NCBI GenBank assembly: GCA_043827405.1
Contig: JBDRPD010000081.1
Location: 1-48,951, forward strand
Direction: 5' to 3'
DNA length: 48,951 bases
From: Elusimicrobiota bacterium
GTDB lineage: Bacteria > Elusimicrobiota > Elusimicrobia > UBA1565
The notes under the pieces were generated by a model. It ran no database searches. It worked only from the letters and a program-made list of their open reading frames with translations, and was not told the DNA's origin. The translations under genes were made by a program, and so were the position numbers. This document shows, piece by piece, positions 31,361 to 40,563 of this stretch. Numbering within the stretch: position 1 is the first letter of the stretch; each line of letters starts with the position of its first letter.

Positions 31361-32968
31361 ATGATCCCTCTGCTGACGACCGCGGTCATCCTGCTGGCCG
31401 CGGCGGTCGTTTACCTGCTGCTGGATTCCCGCCGCCAGCGCGATCAGCTCGTCTGTCTCGATCAGCGGCGCCAAGATGCTGAGCGGGAGCGCGACAAGAT
31501 TCAGAACGCGCTCAACTCCTCGGTCGATCCGGCGGTCGCCAAGCTGATCGTCGAAGAGAATATCCACAATGAGAAGCGCTCGCTCTCCGTGCTGTTCTCG
31601 GATCTGGTCGGCTTCACGCCGTCGCTGGAGAAGAGCCAGCCGGAGACCATCATCAGCGAGCTCAACCAGCTCTTTACCGTCATGACGCCGGTCATTACGC
31701 GGTTCAAGGGGCATATCGACAAGTTTATCGGCGACGGCCTTATGGCGGAGTTCGGCGTGCCTCATACGGCGCACCACCATCCTCTGCTGGCGGTGCTGGC
31801 GGCGCTGAGCATGCAGCGGCGCCTGAAGACCTACCGCTTCCCCTGGAAGATGCGCTTGGGCGTAGCCAGCGGCGTGTCCTTCGTCGGGCTCATGGGGTCG
31901 CGTCTGCGCAAGAACTATACGGCGATCGGCGACACCGTCAACCTGGCCGCCCGGCTGCAGGCGCTCTGTCCGGTCGGCAGCGTCTGCGTCGACGAGGCGA
32001 TCTTCAACGCGACGCGGCGCTGGCTCGATATCCGCCGCCTGCGCTCGGGGCTTAAGCCCGAGGCGGTGCGCAAGATCGAGCTGCAGCTGAAGAAGCTGGA
32101 GCGGGTCATCGAGGAGGACCCGACCGCCAAGGATTGTCTCGAGGCGGCGAGCCTCGCCGTGAGCCTGGGCGATATGCAGGCGGCCCTGCGCTACCACAAG
32201 ATGGCGCTCGAGCTCGATCCCAAGCAGCGGCGTCCGGTCGAACGCGCCATCTCGACTTTGCTTTCCGGCGAAGAGCGCGCCTTCCTCGATATCAAGGGCA
32301 AAAAGGACCGCGTCGCCGTTTATGAGGTGCTGGGCTTGAAGGACTTCCTGATGCCGGAACGCGTTTCCCGGCGCGTTCGCCATACCTATCAATGGCTGGC
32401 CGCCGACATTCCGCTGCTCGAGGAATGGGTGCTGTCGATCGAAGCGATCGAGGGGCGCCTCGGACATGCCCAGGTCACGGCGGCGATCAGCGGCGCGGTG
32501 GCCGACGGGATGGGCTTGGGCCCGGAGCAGGTTAAGGAAGCCTTCCTCGCCGGCTACTACGACGATGTGGGCAAGCTCAATGTGTCGGAGCACCTGCTGT
32601 GCTACGAGGGCCGGCTCTCGGACCTGCCGCAGACCGATCAGGACGCGATCCATTCGCATGTCACCGAGTCCGAGAAAGTCCTGGCCGGCATGCAGATTCC
32701 CGTCACCCCGGGCATTCTGCGCGCCATCCGCCAGCATCATGAGCGCTTTGACGGCAACGGCTATCCGGAGGGGCTCAAGGGCGGCGATATCGACCTTGTG
32801 GGACGGATCGTCCGGGTCGCCGACACCTACGAGGCGCTTACCTCATGGCGCAGCTACCAAGAGGCGCTGACGCGGGAATCGGCGCTGGTCGAGATATGCC
32901 GCGATATCAGCGACGGCGCCATCGATCCCGATGTGGGCAAGGTCTTCCTGGAAGTGATGGCGCGCTAG
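31361..32968 (+). CDS. Membrane-anchored class III adenylate cyclase with TPR-like insertion and HD-GYP-like domain
   Basis: TM helix, LFSDLVGFT, DKFIGDG, YTAIGDTVNLAARL, IKGK; HHERFDGNGYP, RIVRVAD. Confidence 0.85.
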   Translation: MIPLLTTAVILLAAAVVYLLLDSRRQRDQLVCLDQRRQDAERERDKIQNALNSSVDPAVAKLIVEENIHNEKRSLSVLFSDLVGFTPSLEKSQPETIISELNQLFTVMTPVITRFKGHIDKFIGDGLMAEFGVPHTAHHHPLLAVLAALSMQRRLKTYRFPWKMRLGVASGVSFVGLMGSRLRKNYTAIGDTVNLAARLQALCPVGSVCVDEAIFNATRRWLDIRRLRSGLKPEAVRKIELQLKKLERVIEEDPTAKDCLEAASLAVSLGDMQAALRYHKMALELDPKQRRPVERAISTLLSGEERAFLDIKGKKDRVAVYEVLGLKDFLMPERVSRRVRHTYQWLAADIPLLEEWVLSIEAIEGRLGHAQVTAAISGAVADGMGLGPEQVKEAFLAGYYDDVGKLNVSEHLLCYEGRLSDLPQTDQDAIHSHVTESEKVLAGMQIPVTPGILRAIRQHHERFDGNGYPEGLKGGDIDLVGRIVRVADTYEALTSWRSYQEALTRESALVEICRDISDGAIDPDVGKVFLEVMAR

Positions 32969-33006
32969 ACATTGACAGCGGGCGTGCGGACATAATCTAA
33001 TAGGGT

Positions 33007-33381
33007 ATGGCCGCAAGCAAAAAGATACTGGTCGCCGATGACGACGCGGACCTGCTCGGCATCGTGGAGTTCTACCTCAAAAAGCAGGGCTACGACGTTA
33101 CCACGGTGACCGACGGCCGGGAAGCGATCGACGAAGCGCTGCGGGGCGGCTACGGCCTGCTGCTCTTCGACGTCATGATGCCGAAAGTCGACGGCTACCA
33201 CGTCGCTCAGGAGCTCTCCGAGAAGCTCGGCCCGGACTGCCCGAAGATCCTGCTCATGACCAGCCGCGACACCGAGAAGGAAGGAAGGATCGCCGCCGCC
33301 AGCGGCGCCGACGGCATTCTGCAGAAGCCGCTCAAGCTGGTCGAGCTGAAGTCCAGAGTCCAGCAGGCGCTGGACTCCTAA
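33007..33381 (+). CDS. Single-domain response regulator
   Basis: ADDD, FDVMMP, MTS, QKP. Confidence 0.9.
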   Translation: MAASKKILVADDDADLLGIVEFYLKKQGYDVTTVTDGREAIDEALRGGYGLLLFDVMMPKVDGYHVAQELSEKLGPDCPKILLMTSRDTEKEGRIAAASGADGILQKPLKLVELKSRVQQALDS

Positions 33382-34205
33382 TCGCCGCTTAGTCCCCGCA
33401 CATAGGCGAGGTTTTCGGCATCCCTTCCGGGCGGCATTTCCAGGATGCCGGTTGCGCCGCGGTACTCCGCGCGCTGGAACAGCGCCCGCATCCCCTCGGT
33501 CCCCAGAAAGCCCTCCCCCCAGTGCCGGTGGTTCTCGAGCTTTGAACCGTGCGGCGCGCGCGAATCGTTCAGGTGGAAGACCGGGATATTGTCGGCGCCG
33601 AAGAGCCGGTGGGCGCGGCCGAGGAAGCGCCACATTCCCTCGCGCGTGTCGAGGTCGTAGCCGTAGGACCAGGCATGGGCGGTGTCCAGGCAGAACCGCA
33701 GCGGCGTGTTCCGGCGCGCGAGGCGCTCCCCCAGCGCGGCGAGTTCCTCGAGGCTGCCCCCCATCCGCCGTCCCCCGCCGGGAACGTTTTCCAGAACCAG
33801 CGGGACGCCGCCTTGCGCCCGCTCGAGCGCGGCGCATATGCCGTCGGCGAAGAGCTGCATGCCGTCGGCGGCGTTTGCGTCCGGCGAGTAGGCGCCCATG
33901 TGCAGGATAAGCCAGTTCCCGCCTAAAGCGCGGGCGTAGCGCAGCTCGGTCGCCAGCAGCTCGATCGAGCGCGCGCGGCGCTCGGCGTCCTCCGAGGCGA
34001 GCGCCGGCAGGTAGCGGACATGCAGCACCAGGCGCTCGAGCGCGCTGGCGGCGAACGCCGCGCGGAAGGCCGCGAACTCATCTTCCGTCGGGACGTGGTG
34101 CCGGCGGTAGGTCAGAATCTGCATGGCGCCGCAGTCGAGCGCTTCCGCCTGCCGCAGGGCGTTGACATAGCCTTGGCGCACGTCGCAGTGAACGCCGAGG
34201 ATCAT
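33378..34205 (-). CDS. nfo: Endonuclease IV
   Basis: LGVH, LHMG, LEN, CLDTAH, HLNDS, ILEMP; ATGA overlap with the upstream gene. Confidence 0.88.
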   Translation of the reverse strand: MILGVHCDVRQGYVNALRQAEALDCGAMQILTYRRHHVPTEDEFAAFRAAFAASALERLVLHVRYLPALASEDAERRARSIELLATELRYARALGGNWLILHMGAYSPDANAADGMQLFADGICAALERAQGGVPLVLENVPGGGRRMGGSLEELAALGERLARRNTPLRFCLDTAHAWSYGYDLDTREGMWRFLGRAHRLFGADNIPVFHLNDSRAPHGSKLENHRHWGEGFLGTEGMRALFQRAEYRGATGILEMPPGRDAENLAYVRGLSGD

Positions 34206-35656
34206 GTGAGGCGGACGAGCCATGACAGGAGCCTGGTCTTCAGCCGGCTGTAGGGGAACCACCAGAGCTCCGGTGCGTCGACCGGCCATTCGTGGACGAT
34301 CACCGACTGCTCCTGGGTGAACATCCGCAGTCCCTGGTCGGAGTGGCGTCGCCCCAGCCCCGACTGCTTGGTGCCGCCGAACGGCAGCGAGCAGATGACG
34401 TAATGGCTCAGCAGATCGTTGACGCTCACCATCCCGGTCTCGAGCAGTTCGCCCCACTCTTCGCCCCGCGGCAGGTCGCGCGTCCATACGCTCGCCGCCA
34501 GCCCGTGGCGGCCGCTGTTGGCGATGCGGATCGCGTCTTTGATCCGCGCGACCGGCATGACCGCGAGAACCGGTCCGAAGGTCTCCTCCTGCATGACCAG
34601 CATTTCGGGCGTGGCGTCGAGCACCAGCGCCGGCGCGACCACCAGTCCGGCGCGGTCGATGATCTCGCCGCCCAGGACGCGCGCGCCTTTTTCGCGGGCG
34701 TCCTGCAGGTGCCGCTCGACGACTTTGAGCTGCCCGGGATAAATCAGCCGTCCGAGGTCCTGCTCGTCCTCGGGCTCCGCTTCGCGGCGCAGGGCCGCGA
34801 CTTCGTGCTTGAGCCGCGAGGCGAAGCGCGGATAGATCGGCTCCTCGACAAAGACGCGCTCGACCCCGACGCATATCTGCCCGCTGTTGGCGAAGCGTCC
34901 CCAGGCCGCGGCTTTGACCGCGCGGTTCAGCGGCGCGTCCTTGGCCACGATCATCGGATGCAGGCCGCCGAGCTCGAGCACGCAGGGTATCAGACGCGCG
35001 CCCGCGGCCGCGGCCACCTTCCGCCCGGAGGCGCAGGACCCGGTGAAGACGATCATGTCCGCTTCTTCAACCAGCTTCGCGCCCACGGCGCCGTCGCCTT
35101 CCAGCAGCTGCAGCAGGCCCTGGGGGAAAAGGCCGCAGGCGTTGAAGCGCTGCTCAAGGTGGCGCGCGATCTTAGTCGTCCATTCCGACGGCTTGAGCAG
35201 GACCGCGTTGCCGGCGAGCAAAGCCGGGATCATGTCGCCCAAAGGGATCACCAGCGGCATATTCCACGGCGTGATGAGCCCGATAACGCCGCGCGGGACA
35301 TGGCGCACATAGGCGCGCTTGTTGAGCAGCAGCCAAGGCTTGGCCGCCGCGCGATCCTGCAGGACGCGATGGGCGTTGCGGGTGAAGAACTTGAGAATCA
35401 GCTCCGTGCCGTCTATCTCCATCCCCTCGATCTCGGCGCGGGGCTTGCCGGTCTCGGCGCGGATCACGCGGACCAGCTCTTCGCGTTGCGCCCGCAGCAG
35501 GCGCCAGAAGCCGCGCAGAGCGTCGACTCTCTGCGACAGGGAATAGCGCCGCCACTGCAGCTGCGCTCTGCGCGCCAGGGAGACGCGCCGAGCGATCTCT
35601 TCGTCGGAAAAGTTGGAGACTGGAGGCTGCGGCTCATCGCCGGCGTCGATCGGCAT
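34202..35656 (-). CDS. Aldehyde dehydrogenase family protein
   Basis: ITPWN, KPSE, FTGS, LELGG, NSGQIC, EETFGP, PFGG.KQSG. Confidence 0.93.
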   Translation of the reverse strand: MPIDAGDEPQPPVSNFSDEEIARRVSLARRAQLQWRRYSLSQRVDALRGFWRLLRAQREELVRVIRAETGKPRAEIEGMEIDGTELILKFFTRNAHRVLQDRAAAKPWLLLNKRAYVRHVPRGVIGLITPWNMPLVIPLGDMIPALLAGNAVLLKPSEWTTKIARHLEQRFNACGLFPQGLLQLLEGDGAVGAKLVEEADMIVFTGSCASGRKVAAAAGARLIPCVLELGGLHPMIVAKDAPLNRAVKAAAWGRFANSGQICVGVERVFVEEPIYPRFASRLKHEVAALRREAEPEDEQDLGRLIYPGQLKVVERHLQDAREKGARVLGGEIIDRAGLVVAPALVLDATPEMLVMQEETFGPVLAVMPVARIKDAIRIANSGRHGLAASVWTRDLPRGEEWGELLETGMVSVNDLLSHYVICSLPFGGTKQSGLGRRHSDQGLRMFTQEQSVIVHEWPVDAPELWWFPYSRLKTRLLSWLVRLT

Positions 35657-35695
35657 GGTGCGGATATTATAACATTGCTGAAAAGGAGACCCCCT

Positions 35696-37075
35696 ATGCT
35701 GGATGCTGCCCTTAAGTACTGCGCGCGTCGGCGCGAACGCTTTGTCGCGGATCTCGCGAAACTAGTCGCCGTTCCCGGCGTGAGCGCCGCCGGTTTCCCG
35801 CGGCGCGAGCTGGAGCGCTCGGGCAACGCCGTCGCCGGGCTGCTGCGCGGCGCGGGTCTCGAGCATGTCCGTCTGCTGCGTATTCCGGGCGCGCCGCCCT
35901 ACGTTTACGGCGATTGGCTGCACGCTCCCGGCAAGCCGACGGTTCTCCTGTACGCGCATCACGATGTGCAGCCGCCGGGCCGGCGCGGCCGGTGGAAGAG
36001 TCCGCCGTTTCAGGCGGCGCGGCGCGGCGGCCGGCTCTACGGCCGGGGCGCCGCGGACGACAAAGCCGGCGTCGTGATGCATGCCGCCTCCATCGCGGCT
36101 TATCTGCGCACTTCCGGCCGCCTGCCGGTAAACGTCAAGGTTCTCATCGAGGGGGAGGAGGAGACGGGCTCGGAGCATCTTGCGAGCTTTCTCAGGAAGT
36201 ACACCCGCCTGGTCCGCGCCGACGTCGTGGTCATCGCGGATACCGACAATTACGACACCGGGGTGCCCAGCATCACCACCAGCCTGCGCGGCTTGGTCGC
36301 CAACGAAGTGACCGTCGAGTCCGGCCGCAAGCCCCTGCACTCCGGCATGTGGGGCGGTGGGTTCCCGGATCCGGTGATCGCGCTCGGCCGGATTATCGCT
36401 TCGCTGACCGACCGGCAGGGCCGGATCGCGATTCCCGGCATCCGCAGCGGCAGCCGTCCCATGACGGCCCTCGAGCGCCGCCACGTGGACTCGCTGCGCT
36501 ACGGCGACGCCGACTACCGGCGGCAGACGGGAATGCTTCCCGGCGTCAAAGTCGTCGGCGGCCGGAGCTCCGCGCTGGTTAAGATGTGGCGCGAGCCGTC
36601 GGTATCGGTCAACGCGATCCAGGCGGGATCGCGCGAGGCCCTATCGAACATTATCAACGAGAAAGCCTGGTGCCATGTCGGCATCCGCATTGTCCCCGGC
36701 ATGGATCCGGTTCGGACCGGACGTCTGCTGCGCCGGCACCTTAAGCGGAACGCTCCCTGGGGTGTGAAGGTCGCGTTCGGCCCGCTGACCATCGCTCCCG
36801 CCTGGTCGGTCGATCCGGAGGATCCAGCCTTCGCCGCCGCCCGGCGGGCGCTGGCCAAGGGCTACCGGCGCGAAGCGGTGTTCAAGGGCTGCGGCGGCTC
36901 CATCGGCTTTGTCGGTCCGCTGGGCCGGGCTCTCGGCGGCGCGCCGGCGCTGCTGATCGGCGTCGAAGACCCGTATTCGAACGCCCACTCCGAGAATGAA
37001 AGCCTGCACCTGGGCGATTTCGAGAAATCCGTGCGCAGCGCCGTGCACTTGTACGACGAGCTGGCACGGAGCTAA
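35696..37075 (+). CDS. M20 family dipeptidase
   Basis: AAAGGAG RBS; YAHHDVQP, GRGAADDKAG, EGEEE.GS, HSG, GGSI, AHSENE. Confidence 0.92.
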   Translation: MLDAALKYCARRRERFVADLAKLVAVPGVSAAGFPRRELERSGNAVAGLLRGAGLEHVRLLRIPGAPPYVYGDWLHAPGKPTVLLYAHHDVQPPGRRGRWKSPPFQAARRGGRLYGRGAADDKAGVVMHAASIAAYLRTSGRLPVNVKVLIEGEEETGSEHLASFLRKYTRLVRADVVVIADTDNYDTGVPSITTSLRGLVANEVTVESGRKPLHSGMWGGGFPDPVIALGRIIASLTDRQGRIAIPGIRSGSRPMTALERRHVDSLRYGDADYRRQTGMLPGVKVVGGRSSALVKMWREPSVSVNAIQAGSREALSNIINEKAWCHVGIRIVPGMDPVRTGRLLRRHLKRNAPWGVKVAFGPLTIAPAWSVDPEDPAFAAARRALAKGYRREAVFKGCGGSIGFVGPLGRALGGAPALLIGVEDPYSNAHSENESLHLGDFEKSVRSAVHLYDELARS

Positions 37076-37084
37076 GGGAGAGCC

Positions 37085-37957
37085 ATGAATAAAATAGCGG
37101 TTTTGCTGCTGCTGTCGTTCGTCGTGCCCCGCGCGGACGCGCATGAGGTGCGCGCTGACGGAAAGGTCGTCTTTAATCTGCAGCAGCTCGCCGCCGGCGT
37201 CTACGCCGCGGTCAGCCCCGGCCCGCAGATGCCCGCGATCTCCAATACCGCATTTGCCGTTCTCGACGACGGCGTGCTGGTCGTCGATACCCACCGCTCG
37301 CCCGCCGCCGCAAAGACGCTGCTCGACGAGATCAGGAAGGTCACCGACAAGCCGGTGCGCTATCTCGTCATCACGCACTTCCACGGCGATCACATGGGCG
37401 GGATATCGGCCTTTCCCAAGGATATCGAGATCATCGCCCATGACCGCACGCGTGAGCGCCTGGTCCGCACCGGCCCCGACGGGGCTCCCCTGCCGGACCT
37501 GACGGTCTCCGAGAGCATGACGCTGCGCCGGGGCCGGGAGGTGCAGATCCGCTACGCGGGCCGCGGCCATACCGACGGCGACCTGTTCGTATGGCTGCCC
37601 AAGGAGAGCGTGCTGATCGCCGGCGACCTGCTGTTCAATAACTATATCGGCTTTATGCAGGACGCCTATGTCGCCGACTGGGCGCAGACCCTGGGCCGGC
37701 TGATCGACCTGCGGCCCACGGTCGTGGTCCCCGGCCACGGCGAGGTGACCGACGTGCGTTCCCTTAAGCTGTTTCGCGCCTATCTTTGGGACTTCATCAA
37801 CGCGGTCAAGGAGAAGAAGAAAGACGGGCTCTCCGCCGCGCAGACCGCGCATCATTTCAAGCTTCCCCCCTCCTACCAAAGCTGGGGGATGCAGGACGCG
37901 GCGCTGAAGGCCAATGTGATCCGGGTCTACAACGAGCTCGACGGCGACGCCAGGTAG
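37085..37957 (+). CDS. Secreted MBL-fold metallohydrolase
   Basis: Signal peptide, THFHGDH, GHTDGD, AGDL, VPGHG. Confidence 0.88.
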   Translation: MNKIAVLLLLSFVVPRADAHEVRADGKVVFNLQQLAAGVYAAVSPGPQMPAISNTAFAVLDDGVLVVDTHRSPAAAKTLLDEIRKVTDKPVRYLVITHFHGDHMGGISAFPKDIEIIAHDRTRERLVRTGPDGAPLPDLTVSESMTLRRGREVQIRYAGRGHTDGDLFVWLPKESVLIAGDLLFNNYIGFMQDAYVADWAQTLGRLIDLRPTVVVPGHGEVTDVRSLKLFRAYLWDFINAVKEKKKDGLSAAQTAHHFKLPPSYQSWGMQDAALKANVIRVYNELDGDAR

Positions 37958-37960
37958 GCG

Positions 37961-38539
37961 CTATTTCTTCTTCGCGGGGTTGTAGGCCGACTCGCGGCCG
38001 CATTCGGGGCAGCGTACGCGCACCCGCTTGCCGCGCTGGGGGACGCGCAGCTTTTTGCCGCAGCCCGGGCACTTGATGACCGCCGTCTTCCCCTGGTGCG
38101 CGGCCTTACGCTTCGCTTTGCCTCCCCAGCCGACGCCGTAGCCGATCAGGGCGAGCCCCGTGACCACGCCCAGCGTCACCATCGTTTCGTACAAGGTGCG
38201 GGATTTCGGCTGCTCGGGGAGGCGAAACTCCTCGACTTCGGCCGTCTCCGTCGGCGCCGGGAGCGCGGCGGGCGGGCGCTCGCCGCGCAGCTCTTCGCTG
38301 CGCTTGCGCAGCGCGTCCATATCCTCCTTAAGCCGGATCGCCTCGCGCCCGATGGCGGAGCCGGTGCGCATGACCTCGGCGTTGTAGCGCTCGACCGCGC
38401 GCAGGTAGTTCTGCTGCACCTGCGGCGGCGCCGGGCTTTCGCGCAGGGGCGCGACCTGCGAGCCCTCCACCGGGACGCTCTGGTCGAGCGCCGCGGCGGG
38501 AAGCGCGAGCAGAATGCCGAGAACGAGTATTGGGATCAT
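37961..38539 (-). CDS. Membrane protein with C-terminal zinc ribbon
   Basis: Signal peptide, coiled coil, TM helix, CPGC..CPEC. Confidence 0.65.
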   Translation of the reverse strand: MIPILVLGILLALPAAALDQSVPVEGSQVAPLRESPAPPQVQQNYLRAVERYNAEVMRTGSAIGREAIRLKEDMDALRKRSEELRGERPPAALPAPTETAEVEEFRLPEQPKSRTLYETMVTLGVVTGLALIGYGVGWGGKAKRKAAHQGKTAVIKCPGCGKKLRVPQRGKRVRVRCPECGRESAYNPAKKK

Positions 38540-38622
38540 CCAACGGGGATGATAGCAATCCCGGGAGGGCTTGCCGGCGGATTTGCTCCGCCTGCCGAAA
38601 GCACTATAATCTGGACAGGATT

Positions 38623-40563
38623 ATGCGCTACACCGGTCTCGCCGATACCTCGCCCGGAGTTTACCGGAAGCTGGGGCTGATCTCCGGCTTGGAGATTCAT
38701 CAGCAGCTGCTCACCGCGAAGAAGCTCTTCTGCCGCTGCCCCGCCGGCGAGTATTCGCACGACTGGGACGCCGAGATCCTGCGGCATATGCGGCCGACGC
38801 TCTCGGAGCTGGGCGAGTACGACGGCACGGCGCTGATGGAGTTCAAGACCAAGAAGCAGATCACCTACCATATCAACAACGCCACCGTCTGCACCTACGA
38901 GTTCGACGATACGCCCCCCTTTCAGGCCAACGAGGAAGCCCTCGATATCGCGCTCGAGATGGCGATGCTCCTCAAGTGCAACCTGGTGTCCGAGCTGCAT
39001 ATCGCCCGCAAGCAGTATCTTGACGGCTCCATCCCCGCGGGCTTCCAGCGCACCACCATTTTGGGCGTCGACGGCTGGATTCCGTTTCTGAACCGCAAAA
39101 TCCGCATCCGGCAGCTGGCGATGGAGGAGGACTCCTGCCGTGAGATGAAGGATTCCGGGCACGACCGGGTTTACATTACCGACCGGCTCGGCATGCCGCT
39201 GATCGAGACCGTCACCGAACCGGAGATGAAGACGCCGTGGGAGACCGCGGCGGTCGCCCAGGTCATCCGGCGGCTGGCCCGGGCGACCGGCAAGGTCCGC
39301 ACCGGCGTCGGCGCCGCGCGCCAGGACGTCAACGTCAGCGTCCGGGGCGGCCGGCGCTGTGAGATCAAGGGCGTTTCCAGTATCCGCCGGATCCCGCTGC
39401 TCGTGCACAACGAGGCCTTCCGGCAGGCCAATCTGCTCGAAATCCGCGGCGTCATGCGCCGCCGCGGCATTACCCCGGACAGCCTGAGCTCGAAGGAAAT
39501 CGACGTGACCGGCCGGCTGAAGGGCACGGTGTTTGAGCCCATCGCGCGCGCGATCGGCGAAGGCAAGCGGGTCTACGGCGTTCTGCTGCGCGGCTGCGAG
39601 GACCTGCTCAAGCATTCGCTGGGGCCTGGGCGCAGCTTTCTGTCGGAGATTTCGGACCGGGTGCGGGTCATCGCCTGCATCGACAGCCAGCCCAATGTCA
39701 TCACCAGCGACCTGCCGGATGCGACGCTCTCGCCCGCCCAATGGACCAGGGTCCGCAAGAGCCTGGGGGCGGGGAGCGGCGATGCGGTGGTGCTGGTCTG
39801 GGGCGCGCCGGAAGACGCGCTCACCGGCGCCTGTGAGATATCCATCCGCATGCGCGAAGCCGCCGAGGGCGTGCCCGAGGAGACCCGCCAGGCCTTGTCG
39901 GACGGGACCACGGGTTTTGAGCGCATCCTGCCCGGACCGAACCGCATGTATCCGGACACCGACCTCCCCCCCATCCCGGTCGAAGACCGGAGGCTGGCGA
40001 AAATTTCCGCCGTCCTGCCCGAGATGCCGTGGGCGCGCGAGAAGAGGTATCTAAAAGACGGGCTGACCAGGGAGCTGGCCCGGATCTTGAGCATCACGCC
40101 GATCTGCCGCCTGTATGACGCGGTGGGCGTGAAGCCCAGGAAGGCGCGCGCGCTGCTGGCCTGGGTCCTTATCGGCCAGCTGCGGGCGCTGAAAAGAAAG
40201 GGCCTGCATCCCGCCGGTCTGGATGACCGGTTCCTGCACGAAATATTCTCACTGTTCGCCCAAGGGCGGCTGATGCGCGGCGGCTTGCTGCGGCTCATTG
40301 AGGAGTTTCTCAAGGGCGACCGGAGCGGCCCCGCGAAAATGATCGAGAGGCTCAAGCTCAAGCCCGCCGGCAAGAGAGAGATCGCCGCCGCGCTCGCCGC
40401 CGCGGTCAAGGCGGGGCATGGCCGCCGCTTCGCCGATAAGGGCCGGCGGCTGCGCTTCACCATGGGGCGTTTTATGTACCGCTTGGGCGATCGCGTCGAC
40501 GGCGCCGCTGCCCGTAAGCTGGTCGCGGCCGGGCTGAAAAAAAGGCAGGGGGCCGCCGGATGA
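38623..40563 (+). CDS. gatE: Glu-tRNA(Gln) amidotransferase subunit E
   Basis: GLEIHQQL, KLFCRCP, RPTLSELGEYD, DGS.PAGFQRT, EED, DRLGMPLIE, RQDVNVS, EIKGV, central insertion domain, RMYPDTDLPP. Confidence 0.93.
   Translation: MRYTGLADTSPGVYRKLGLISGLEIHQQLLTAKKLFCRCPAGEYSHDWDAEILRHMRPTLSELGEYDGTALMEFKTKKQITYHINNATVCTYEFDDTPPFQANEEALDIALEMAMLLKCNLVSELHIARKQYLDGSIPAGFQRTTILGVDGWIPFLNRKIRIRQLAMEEDSCREMKDSGHDRVYITDRLGMPLIETVTEPEMKTPWETAAVAQVIRRLARATGKVRTGVGAARQDVNVSVRGGRRCEIKGVSSIRRIPLLVHNEAFRQANLLEIRGVMRRRGITPDSLSSKEIDVTGRLKGTVFEPIARAIGEGKRVYGVLLRGCEDLLKHSLGPGRSFLSEISDRVRVIACIDSQPNVITSDLPDATLSPAQWTRVRKSLGAGSGDAVVLVWGAPEDALTGACEISIRMREAAEGVPEETRQALSDGTTGFERILPGPNRMYPDTDLPPIPVEDRRLAKISAVLPEMPWAREKRYLKDGLTRELARILSITPICRLYDAVGVKPRKARALLAWVLIGQLRALKRKGLHPAGLDDRFLHEIFSLFAQGRLMRGGLLRLIEEFLKGDRSGPAKMIERLKLKPAGKREIAAALAAAVKAGHGRRFADKGRRLRFTMGRFMYRLGDRVDGAAARKLVAAGLKKRQGAAG

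Noticed and set aside
34292..35695. 927-aa ORF as an extended M20 fusion
   Set aside because: The extension is antisense to the aldehyde dehydrogenase; the real start with an SD is at 35696.
37085..37957. B1 metallo-beta-lactamase resistance gene
   Set aside because: It has AGDL, with Asp where B1 enzymes have the Cys ligand, so it is a generic MBL-fold hydrolase.
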